A stretch of 48,401 nucleotides of DNA, filler included, from Sphacelaria rigidula (lineage: Eukaryota): the NCBI GenBank assembly GCA_964200075.2. It is 3 parts of 3 records of this genome, joined end to end, with 100 filler letters (N's around TTAATTAATTAA, not from the genome) between each part and the next. Parts side by side here need not be neighbours in the genome. Positions count along the whole stretch, not along the records: positions 16,175 to 32,240 come from CAXNAA020001496.1; positions 32,341 to 48,401 come from CAXNAA020001497.1; 1 more part is not named here. One strand, given 5' to 3'. The notes under the pieces were generated by a model. It was not told the DNA's origin, made no database searches, and saw only the letters and a program-made list of their open reading frames with translations. This document shows, piece after piece, positions 23,082-33,938 of the stretch. The position numbers and the translations under genes were made by a program. The stretch's first letter is position 1. Every line of letters starts with the position of its first letter.

Positions 23082-24478
23082 ATAACGCAGATATGACGGT
23101 GCTAGAGGCTTCACGCCAAAACTAAATAATGAGGGATCTTAGATCATTCGAGTTGCGCTTGTTGCTGACTAAGGCCAAGGCAATGTTCAACAGTCATCAA
23201 CTGCTTTGCTGTCATGTTTTTTTTACATTCGCTGCATAACCGCTGTCCTCGTGCTCCCAAATCAACGAGAGCGCAAAGAAAATCACGATGAAAACATACC
23301 CCGCCATCAACAGGCTTTTGTGGCTCGGGTTCCTGTTTGAAGTTTTCCACGATCTTGGAACGCTTTTGTGGTTAGGGATCGAGACCCCGCAAAAAAGAGC
23401 CAGTTTGGGCGACTTTTGGTGGCCAGAACACACGCCGCAGGTATCAGATGACATCCGAACCTGAACGATAATGTACCGCTGAGCCTTCTTCATGCGCTGC
23501 AAAAGCGCGGGATAAAATGCCTTACTGCCAGAGAAAATTCGGCAAAAGTGGTGAAGATTGTGGAAGGATACAGGTACATATATACATGGTATATATTATA
23601 CTACTGCTCGCTGTCTGTGTGTATGCCGTATACAACGCCTCGCTGCGCCACATTTGATACACCTGCCAGCGCTGCAGCTAAGCGTGCAATTACCCTAGGT
23701 GGCGCACGCAGGACTAAAATGCCGCCTCCGCCGCTATATTGCCTGCCTATATCGTGGGCGAAGCTGTATGGTAACACAGCCGCTATGGCGCGAGAGCCCG
23801 CTGTGACATTTCCCACCGTGGAGATTTCAACACTGCCTGGAAGTGTACTGCACGCAGTACCAAATATTGCGCATGTTGCAGTAGGCAATAGATCCCATAG
23901 TGTGCACAGTACACTCTTTGGCATTGTATATTGACTGTAGAAAGCTCGTGTCCACGGTGTCGTACATAGTAGATATACATGTATCATTTCACATTTTTCA
24001 CCACTTTTGCCGAGTTTTCTCTTGCGGCAAGGCATTTTATCCCGTGCTTTCTTCTGCAGTGTACGAAGAAGGTGCAGCGGTACATTACCGTTCAGGTTTG
24101 GGTGTCATCTGATACCTTTGGCGCGTGTTCTGGCCATCGAAAGTCGCCCAAACTGGGTTTTTTTCGCCGGGTGCCGATTCCGCACTACAAAAGCCTTCTC
24201 AAGATTGTGGGAGACTTCAAACAGGAGCCATAACCATAAAAGCCTGTTCATGGGGGGTATTTATTCACCATGATTTTCTTTGCGTTGTCGTCTACAATAT
24301 TTGGGAGCACGAAGACAGCGGCTATGAAGCGAATGTCACGAGAACATGAGAGCAAAGCAGTTGAAAACAATTGAACATTACCTTGGTCTTAGTCAGCAAC
24401 AAACACAAGTCGAACGAACTGAGATCCCTCATTATTCCGTTTCGATGTGAAGCCTCCAACACCTTCATATTTACGTTG
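23082..24478. repeat. Inverted repeat pair of about 500 bp (23082-23585 and 23970-24478) around a spacer of about 390 bp
   Basis: E.g. AATAATGAGGGATCT with AGATCCCTCATTATT, and CAGTTTGGGCGACTTT with AAAGTCGCCCAAACTG. ORFs 23212-23502(-) and 23979-24233(+) translate to similar peptides. Confidence 0.88.
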
Positions 24479-25504
24479 CTATCGTTACCATCTATTCTTG
24501 GCACGAGAGCTACTTGGCACTCTGCCGCCGGCCTCAGTCCCACTCATCATTTTTTCAACAGACGTGTATCCGAGTGTGTTCCACGCACTACAACATTTCG
24601 AGTCGTTGCTTTCGTGTAGCAAGAGAGCTACTTGGCACTCTGGCACCTCGGGAATACCACACATGTTCTACGCTGGTGATCAAGCCGTGGTCAGGTTCTC
24701 CTAGGAATTGCGATCACTTTCATTTGAAAAAATAATACACGACTCAGAGCCAGGGAATAAACCAGGAAACCGGGAGCCGAGTTTGAGATACCTGTAATAA
24801 GAATAAGTTCAAACAGGATAATGGTGTTGGCACTTTGACTGCGGGGGCAGGTCACCTGCTGAATCGGCATGAATATTTACTTGAAAAGAGTATGCGTGAT
24901 CTAGATGGAGTACCAGCACTGCGATACAAGGGTTAAAACCGTACAGTCATGCGAACCCGACAGGCGTTTTCGTTCATCTTTGTACATTGAGATACAACAG
25001 CCTCTCTTAGCCATACATTTTCGACTTGCGTCACCCCCGGGAGGCCCGCACCAAACTCCCGAAGGGGAACCTTGTATATATAGAATATTTGGGCCTCACG
25101 AGCGTGAAGCATACTTTGTAACGAGGCGCTCACGGGATTTATGCTGAAATTAGTGCGCAAGTTCCTCCGCACCCGCCCCGGGAGATGACTGTTCGGGCGA
25201 ACGCCAAGGCTAGGGGTCCAGAGCGCGGATTTGTGCTACATTTTGTATAGGGGTACACTTGCATTCGCGACCGTTCGAACGGACGTGTGATTGCGGTGGT
25301 CCTGGAACGTTTTTGGCGGGCGTTACATAGATTTTCACGAGCTTTGTAGGGGTATCTTAAGCTCGATATCCCCGGTAAATTGCACTGTAATTTACAGTTA
25401 AATATATCAGGCACCTCGAGTTCGAGATATGTACCTCTCACAATAACTGCACCGGCCTTATTTCCAGGGCGTGTAAGACATGGCGCACGAACGGAAACAT
25501 TCTC

Positions 25505-25870
25505 GCACACGAGGAACGTAAAAGCGAAGTCTAGTGCAACTGTATACGGCGCTAATTACTGGCGGGCGCACCGACAACCTTGGGGTACACAAGAAGGAAC
25601 GGTAAATAAAGTCTAGTGCAGTTCGGCGCTGAATGCCGACGTGGTGTCGTCGATTTCTGGCTCGAACGTATCCTAAGCAAATAAGTGCTCCACGCAAGTA
25701 AGCTATGCTGTAGCACAGACAGTGCACAACTACATCAAGAACAGATCGTTCACGGCGCTGATTGCCGGTGGGTGGGTGCACCGACAGCTTATGGCACACA
25801 AGGAGGGACGTAAAGCGAAGTCTAGTGCGTTACGGCGCTGAATGCTGACGTTGTGTGGTCTTATTCTGAA
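25505..25870. repeat. Complex short tandem repeat (3 copies of AAGTCTAGTGC...CGGCGCT)
   Basis: The motif recurs at about 25527, 25609 and 25818 with similar flanks. Confidence 0.7.
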
Positions 25871-26246
25871 GTTGGAAGCTTCCGACGCAGAAAATTGCCG
25901 GTGCAAGGCATACATACGTCGTGTGTACCAGAAAGTAGAAAACGGGACGCAGACTCTGATTTTGCCCTAAATCGTGAACGCAATAAGCTAGAAACGTGAT
26001 CAAAATTTGACAACGCGTCCACTGAGCCAGCACATAGTCGCGATCATGTACTAAGCTCGTCTACGAGAACTTCTACCCATCTTGTGTATCCTGCACGAGG
26101 ACGGCTGCTGCCCGGGCACCCAACGCTCCGGTATTTTCTTCTTCACTTTTACCTATCGTTAATACCCGCCCACGCGATTTATACTTGAATGAGTGCATAA
26201 TGCCCGCATCAGCCCGCACACGAGCTTCCCGTAACGTACACACATA

Positions 26247-27007
26247 CTTCCTCTGTCCCAAAAGATAAGCCCGTTTGAAGGTTTTGCCGCATTTCTCGTG
26301 CGCACTTTCGGCTTTTCCCGAGCGTTTTTTTGCTCTCTTGACGTTTTGGAGCAGAACTCAAAACTGAGGCTTTTGCCGAGTCCCCAATAAACAAGCAGCT
26401 ACACTCACCGCAATCAGCCTGTGTCGGTCGTGCACAACTGAAATCTACCGGTTGACAGCCTTCCCATCGATTTTTGGAGAAACGATTTTGTTCATGCTTC
26501 CCGAGGCGTTTCGGAGAACCGCCCGAAACCGTCATTTTGAGTCTGCCGCCACCACAGCACTATTTGAACACGTCCGTACATACCGAATTCGGGGGGTATA
26601 CGCGCCCATCCCGGGGACAACATCATGTTATCCCCGGGTCTGGAGGGTCTTCTTGTTCTCACACATGTCCTCAACACCTCGAAACACACTACCGTGGGTC
26701 TGAGCATTGAAAAACAGCTTTTTGTACCCCCTGTATCTCACATTGAGCCAAAGTTCTGCCAAAACTTTGGCTCTCCTTTGCAAAACCTCACTTCATAAGC
26801 CCACTTTGTGATTTTTTCACGCCGGGGATAATATCATGTGATCCCCTGGGGCTGATTTGTTTTTTACACGATGGAAACCATATGTGGAAGACATGTTGGA
26901 GGTCCGTTTGTCGAAAACAACTGTATTGGGTACATTTTCGCAATATTTCACCACGGGCTTATCCAATGAGATTTTTCAAACGGGCGTATCTTGTGGGACA
27001 GAGGAAG
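26247..27007. mobile_element. Stowaway-like (Tc1/mariner) non-autonomous element, 761 bp
   Basis: TIRs of about 33 bp, CTTCCTCTGTCCCAAAAGATAAGCCCGTTTGAA and TTCAAACGGGCGTATCTTGTGGGACAGAGGAAG, with TA on both sides. Resembles the Stowaway terminus CTCCCTCCGTCCCA. Confidence 0.88.
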
Positions 27008-27091
27008 TATTTTGGGACTAAAGTAGTAGTATATCTAAGTTTAGCATCTATAGAAGGTGGAATTTGGCGCTCCGGTTTGAAGAAGATGTAC

Positions 27092-27433
27092 GTCTACTCT
27101 GTAGCTAATATGTTGGCATGATCACGTGAAAGACGTCGGCATAGGTTCGAACCCCGTGTTGGCTATTTTCTCGTTGTGCGTGAGTAGACCACTGTTCCTT
27201 TACACCGGGAGTCCTCAGTGTGAGAGTGTATTCCGTAGGTGAAATATGACACTATAGACGTGCAAGACGTCGGTGTGGGTTCGAACCCTGTGTCGGCTGC
27301 ATTGTTTTTGCTCGTACTGCATGAGTAGAGCAATGTTTCCTCACACCGAAAGTCGAGTTCGAGTCCTGGGTCGGGTATTCTTTTTCCTGCTGGTAGTGAG
27401 GTATAAGTACACAGTTTTTCTACACCGGGAGTC
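27092..27433 (+). repeat. Tandem array of degenerate tRNA-like (Pol III B-box) modules
   Basis: Two units of about 134 bp plus a partial third. GGTTCGAACCC at about 27144 and 27278 and AGTTCGAGTCC at 27356, each followed by T-runs; repeated ACACCG(G/A)(G/A)AGTC. Confidence 0.6.
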
Positions 27434-28079
27434 GATTTTATCTTCCACTGAAATCTTCGCACTTTCTCTCATGAGCGAGATTTCTGATGAGACCGGCAGG
27501 ATACGTTAACTGTGTGCGTGCCCGATTGATACCGTACCTACTTTAGTCGCCATCAGACAGCAAGTGTCAAAACAAAAAAACGACGCATCGGTGGTATCCC
27601 TCGCTTCAATGCAGACCGGGCCCTCAGCGCCTTTCGCCGCTACAGTTATGATTGTGACACGTTCCTCTTGTACCAATCTACACATCCCCCAAGTCCCGGC
27701 GTCCTCTCAAGCGAGGTGCGGATTTTCTTCACGCCTAAGCTTCCAAAACACCGCTTCCATAATATCATAAAATGAGCAACTCTGTACAAGACCACTACTT
27801 CAACTTCAACAACGGCACTTTCGACAATATCCGTCATTGGAATTTTTACACAGCGATACCGACACGATATTGGTTCGGTCTTCATCTACCACGCAAGTAC
27901 GCTCTGCCGGCTGAGTACACCGTCGAACTTCTACACCTTCCAACGAGACTCAAGACACAGAGCTGCGGACCTCACGCAAACAACCTACCTACAAGCTGCG
28001 ATGATTGTACAATTTGTTGCTCGATGCATTCCAACAGTTGACTTCGAATGTGCGGCTCAATCCAGCATCTTTACATAAA

Positions 28080-28330
28080 CATGATAACTTTCGAGAAGGA
28101 TTAGCCTTGCCTTTTGGGCACAAGTGGTCAACAGCTACGCAACAAGAGCTGAGAAACATCGAGGACCATCACGTGGCCGAGAACATTCCAGCAAGCTTCA
28201 TCCCGCCGGGCAACGCCATCATATCACCGGCACGTGCTGTGTTCTTACAGCTCAAGAAGATGATTCAAGGCTCAACTTGTCGCACAGGCCTGGGTACAAA
28301 GGCATGATCTAGATTGAGATAACACGTTTG
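28080..28330 (+). mobile_element. Copia reverse-transcriptase N-terminal relic
   Basis: KWSTATQQELRNIEDHHVAENIPASFIPPGNAII, then after a frameshift FKAQLVAQAWVQRHDLD, matching Copia KARLVAxG. Confidence 0.7.
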
Positions 28331-29949
28331 TATTCGTATGTCCACGAGGTTTACAAGGGGGGGCAGGTCTATAAGCCTGGTCAGATGGCATTATCAGCAT
28401 TATTATCATATAATCATCATACTAGCATCAGCATGAACATCAGCGACAGAAATACAAAGGAAAACTTTAAAACGGTAGCTTGTCCATGGAACCAGTACAC
28501 ATTGTGGGGCATAATGTCAAATTAACAGGAGATAGAGAAAAAAATCACCTGACTCGAGTATCACCAAGCAGCTCCAGAGACGTCCACGCTGCCACCACAG
28601 GCTCCATACATCAATGAGCTCGTATCCCAAACAGCTATATCTCCGGCGGGCTTGAGCAAAATGCCACCAACACATTTCTAGGAACAGCAGCAATACTACT
28701 GTACAGGCAACCATCATGAGCAAAGCGCGACGCAAATAACTAGTCCACAACAACCAACGGCTGGCTAATGATCGCAGAGTTGGAGGGATGTAGATTTTCA
28801 GGGGCACCGAGTACGCAACAGTCCAAACAGTTTTTGGGTTTTGCGGGTGTTCCCTAGTTTCATGTTCAAGATTTTACGGTTATTGATAGATCCTATCATT
28901 CTCGGCTGTTCAGCTAGGGTTTGACCGCAAGAGATGCCTTCGGAGCTTGACTTTCCACACCTGAAGCTGTTCGACGCCGTGATTAGGGGGGTGCTGGGTA
29001 TTGGTCAAGTTGCGTCATCTCTTTTCATGGAATGCCATCACGGTCGCGATGCCATGCTAGCCCCAACCTTTGGTTACAATCGTTTTGTGTTGGGTGAGAT
29101 TCGGACAGGTATCAAATGACCTCAACACGTACAGTACAGAGTACATTGCAGTACAAATGATCGAAATCTCACGCATTTCAGTTTGATTACTTGCTCATGT
29201 TTCATTTCTCTATTTTCTATTATCGTGATGAGAAATGGAAACCCAAAAACCAATGGTGCGTGGGATAGACCAAGATATACTCCAGGTACTTTAGATTTTC
29301 AGAGTATTCTCAGTACTCCGTTCCACCAAGTATGCTACCTGGAATATCAACTGCCGAAAATACAGGGCATTTCACAGTAGCTGGATACTCGATATCAATT
29401 ACCGAATATACTGAGCATTTGAGAGTACCTGAAGCATCGCGTACCGAATATATCGGGCATCAGAGTACCTCGAACATATTGCCGGTCGAAGATACTGCGT
29501 ATTTCAGAGTACCTGGAGCATCGAATGCCAGACATATCGAGTAGTCCATAGTACATGGAGTATCGCCTGTCCGAAAGAGTGGGCATTCCAGGATACCACA
29601 GAACAGAGACTATTTTGTGGTTTTGTGGGCTAAGAACTCATCATGTTACTCATCCTCGGACTTGCCCATCCTGCGCATCTTGAATCGTTCGAATGGGACG
29701 ACCACGGGGTGGGACATCTTTCAGTCCAGGAGGCGCTCGACACACACAACCCCATCCCCTTTTGGCCTCACAAAGACACAAAGACACAAAGACACAAAGT
29801 ACAGTATGAACACTTTCGCAATCAACTGCAATAGATGCAGGAGTGCTGTACAACACATGAACATTTGATCAGATGAACTAAGCTTCTCCCACACACCCAC
29901 TATGGAGGGCCGCGTGGTGTCCACGTAAATCCAAAAAAGCAGCCGCCTC

Positions 29950-30400
29950 GCTGGTGTCTTCAATAACCGGATCACTTCGATATTTCGACTCGCGGTCGAC
30001 TCGTACTAATCTTTCGAGAACAGTGTATACCCCTGCTCCAAGCACACGAAGGCACGTCCAATCCTTCACCAACTTCATATTCGGAAGTCTAACGGTGTCT
30101 GACAATCCAAGTATATACTTGCACCTTCCCCAGACGTAAGGCTCCAAAACTGATTTGAGTGTTGTGCAGTTTCTCTTCATGTGCCACTCCTTGGTTGGAC
30201 TCATGCATCAAAGAAGCTCACGCGCTCACCGTACAAGACATCACTACTGCACGTGCTTCTGCTAGGAATACGGAGCATTTTTGCCAGATCGAGTACTTGT
30301 AGGTTTGATGAGATGTACAGAGCATTCTGCCAGATCGGTTGTGCTGTGTCACAGACACATGTTGGAACGAAAGGAAGCGTATGTAACTGGTGGCCAGGGT
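29950..30400 (-). mobile_element. Possible very degenerate Copia integrase relic
   Basis: Only weak matches: APYS, NQGVA and LRVLGAGVY (compare QNGVAER and LRVxGxxAY). Confidence 0.35.
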
Positions 30401-30688
30401 TGATTCTGGTATGTAGGCTTAGGAATCAACCTGGACAAAACCTGCCAACGTAGTTCTAATTTCGGAAAGTTTATTCGAGGTCAATAAAAGCTCTCTCTGT
30501 CGTCTGTGAACCACAGGCACTACAAACACGGCTATATGCTCCTTCGGCACTTCTTTCGTTTCCTCCGACCTTCTGGCTTCATGAGTAGACAGTGATCTAC
30601 TTGCTGCAATCCCTACATCATGGGAACACGTTGAAAAGTACAGCGTAGTCTAGTCCATATCCATGTTTGATATTCATTTGTACGCAAG

Positions 30689-30954
30689 CCGGTCGCCCCG
30701 GTGGCTCAGTCGGTAACCTCGAATCCTTGTGATGGTTGAGTCGTTGGTTCGAATCTCGGGATCTGGGATTTTTTCCTCACATAATGCCCAACAGTGGAGA
30801 GCGACTTTGTCGTGGTACACAAAATGCGACTTAATGCTCGACGAGAGAAAGGTGCTGCTGAGCCCCTTTTGCGATAAAAAATAAAAGGCAACCCGGCTGG
30901 TGCGCCCACATATCCCGAAAAGGCGTCCAGATTAAATGGGACGACAACACACAC
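30689..30954 (+). mobile_element. tRNA-derived SINE, family A, internally deleted copy
   Basis: A-box TGGCTCAGTCGG, B-box GGTTCGAATC, body homologous to 5396-5750, and tail GGGACGACAACACACAC. Confidence 0.85.
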
Positions 30955-32177
30955 GTAAAATGCGGTATATCTGGTTACAACGTATTTTCATCACGTAGTC
31001 GAATTCAATACCGTATGGGGGTCGGGTCACCGTACGTAGGCAGTTAGATACGCACTGTAGTTGTGTTTCGCGGTGAGGTTTTGGATTGGAAGCCAATAAA
31101 GCTGTCGCATGAAACTGGACCATTCAAGTTCGTGAGCAACGAGATCAGGAGAGGTCATCATCCCCTCTCACCTGTCAGGATGCCTCTCATGCAGAAAACC
31201 TCATCAGGTATGACTCTTCTACATGTTCCTGCTCCTCAAAAGGAATTTGCGCTTCATCCTGTTTTGGCCAAACATAGCGCCTGTGAAGCTATCCGACCTC
31301 AATGTCTCGATGAGCAACGCAAGCGGTTCCTACATCCACTGCACACCCTCTGCATTTCTGATTAAAGACAGTACCACGGCATATTGCCTTCCAATACTAA
31401 GATCGTGAAGCGGCGTGAAGCGGAGGCTCAAACAACCAGTCTAGACGCCACATCAGACGTTTTTTCAGCATGCACGGTGTTGAAAGATGGAAGCACAACA
31501 AACCCAAACGCAGACTCGACTGCCGAACAACGGCCGCAACACGTGCGCTATCGAGAATTGAGTGTGTTGCTGGCGGGCACCTTTCGATGTCGCAGGACGT
31601 GTTGTAGGACGTACGCAATACATCGTCCTGAACATGCCGGTAGAAAGGCGAGGACATGGAAGGCGCAAAGGTACACGTCATGCCCGGCGGGGCTCAACGT
31701 CGCGAAATTGAGGCATAACGGCGACTTCCAACACAGAGCGGGTCGCCAAAAGTATGCCAACAAAAATGTGTTACCGAGAAATGGGTCTGTGCCGGCGGGC
31801 GCTGTTGTATTACCCGGCGAGATCATACGCGATACGGAGTTCGATTGATTGGCTTATTGGCGCACATGAACTGATGCCCCAGGGATGCTACCGTGGCAAT
31901 TAGATACACATGCCAGAGATTAAACATAACGGAAACACTCGCTGAAGAAGAGCCAATAAGACATGAATGTGGCACAGACGCAAAGAATCGACTGAAACAA
32001 ACGAACAAACAAACGAACAAACAAAAACTAGAGATGTCCAGCTTCTACAGCATAGCCTCCGGTGGACAAGGTTGTGCGCAGCAGCACACGAATCCATACC
32101 CTATCAAGAAAAAACAAAAAGCCGTGGGGACAGATGGCGGTTCATCTATTCCGGCCACACTACGAGCTGGGCCAGCC

Positions 32178-32180
32178 ATT

Positions 32181-32230
<50 letters not shown>

Positions 32231-32240
32231 CATTATCATT
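32178..32240. repeat. (ATT)n microsatellite at a contig end
   Basis: Read directly from the sequence; runs into the gap. Confidence 0.9.
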
Positions 32241-32340
32241 NNNNNNNNNNNNNNNNNNNNNNNNNNNNNNNNNNNNNNNNNNNNTTAATTAATTAANNNN
32301 NNNNNNNNNNNNNNNNNNNNNNNNNNNNNNNNNNNNNNNN
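32241..32340. other. Artificial scaffold join: 44 N + TTAATTAATTAA + 44 N
   Basis: Same linker structure as 16075-16174. Confidence 0.95.
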
Positions 32341-32506
32341 CACTAGAGGTCCTGATGGCAGTCGATAGAGCGCTGCCAAGGGGAGTCGCCCTTCTCGGAG
32401 TGAAAGTGATGGGGATTGAACCCCCACGACTAACGTTTGTGACGGTTTAAGAGACAACCAACTAGACTGGTCAGTAGTCTAGTTGGTTGTCTCTTAAACC
32501 GTCACA
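32341..32506 (-). mobile_element. Probable second tRNA-derived SINE head (family B) with an inverted duplication of its 5' end
   Basis: The - strand reads CAGTCTAGTTGGTTGTCTCTTAAACC...GTCGTGGGGGTTCAATCCCC (A-box-like, tRNA-Lys-like CTCTTAA loop, B-box-like). Perfect 31-bp inverted repeat at 32438-32468 and 32476-32506. Confidence 0.5.
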
Positions 32507-33938
32507 GGCAGTGCTCATTGCCAAGCGGAGGGAGAGCCTCCACGGATGGGGCAGGGCGCACAGGGGCCGTGGTGGAGCCGCTATCGGCACCCGTGTCGAT
32601 AGCAGGCGGAGCGGCGGCGGTTTTATGAGCCGGCGCAGGGGCGGCCGGAGGCGCAGCAGGCGCGGTAGCGGCAGCAGTAGCTGCGGGAGCGCGGATGGTC
32701 TTGCTGGCAGTAGCGGTAGTGCGTTGGGCGTCCATGGTTGCTGTTGCGAGTTGTCCTTCAAGATCTGTCAAACGTTGTTGCAGAGAACGAATAAACGCAG
32801 CGTCAGAACGGGACGGTGGTTCGCGGTCAGTGCGTGGTCGTCGATTGTGCGATGAGGTGCAGCCAGGTCCCTCAATTGATGATTCCAGAGCCGGTGACAT
32901 GTCCGAAAATATATTTTGGATATCATCAGCATATACAGTATAATCATTGCGCCCATGACGGCTGTGTGGCAATTGCTGAGCAGGAGAGATCCGCGAGGGT
33001 GCATGATCGGTGTTTTTCAAGCGCGAGTTAACGCGCGCAGACCGTGATCTGTGCCGCAAGGCATCCTCGTGAGTATGTTCGCGGTTAGCATTCACCCGGC
33101 GCTGCGGAGCGCGTGGTGAGTTGGAGCTGTGACGTGAAGTACCGTCGTAAGTGTATCCGTGAGTGACGTGTTTCGGGCGTGTAGAAACGCGCGATGAAGT
33201 CAAGCTTTGCTGGGAGTTAGTTGCCCCTAGAACTGCCAGAACGGGAGACGTGGTCGTGGCCATGTCTTGGTGTGCGGCGCCGGTCAGAAGCGCGAGTAAG
33301 GCTCTGCTGCGATGTTGAGGAAGGGCTGAACTCATGTTCGTTGATTTTATCATGAGTGACGAACGGGTGGCGCGATGACGCTGAACGGGACGCCAAACGT
33401 ACGGGTTCGGGCGTGACAGGTGCAGAATTATCATCGAATTGCACATGAGCAGATGCCGATTGATTTTGGAGCGTTGCGTGCCAAAGAGCCGTAAATGCCT
33501 CCATGAGGGCTGGCGCTGGCAATGGCGACGACGCCGAAGAGGCGCGATGCAGAGTTTGCATGGCAGCATGCATGGCTGCAACTGTCGGTCCGACTTTGGG
33601 CTGTGCAGTAGGGCGCATGGGACTATCGAGAGTCGTGCGAAGGGGGTCCGTAACGGAAGCAGCCGGTGTGACAAAGTCCCTTGCTCCAGAAGCGATGCGC
33701 TTAGTCGGGATAGAATCGTCTCAAGAGTTGGCTGCCGTCAAGCGACGGGGTGCCACGGTTGAAGCAACCGGTACAGGGCCAAGCTGGACACGTGTGTCCA
33801 GGGGCAGCGACTCGACTGAGGGCACAATCCTAACTCCGGCTTCCACATTGGGATTCGGGAGAGCAGGGGCCAGCGAGGGGTGTGCGACGGAATCCTAACT
33901 CCGGCTTCCACATTGGGATTCGGGAGAGCAGGGGCCAT
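32502..33938 (-). pseudogene. Disrupted low-complexity Pro/Ala/Ser/Arg-rich ORF, likely gag/ORF1 of a retroelement
   Basis: ATG at 33938 (MAPALPNPNVEAGVRI). A 47-bp duplication shifts the frame, there is an in-frame TGA near 33722 and another frameshift near 33220. Coiled-coil-like FIRSLQQRLTDLEGQL. No introns evident. Family assignment is inference. Confidence 0.45.

Noticed and set aside
30689..30770. Functional tRNA gene
   Set aside because: It has A and B boxes but no acceptor or anticodon stem closure, and it continues into a repeated SINE body.
31384..31848. PP2C C-terminal exon (PAGLNV...GDF)
   Set aside because: The spacing does not fit LAVSRxxGD, there are no convincing splice sites, and it lies on a different contig.
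31893..32296. Poly-Ile/Tyr/Leu ORFs
   Set aside because: These are translations of the (ATT)n microsatellite and Ns.
32502..33674. Intact 390-aa protein as listed in the ORF track
   Set aside because: Only the C-terminal part seems to be the real frame; the N-terminal part is better read in the 33217-33618 frame.
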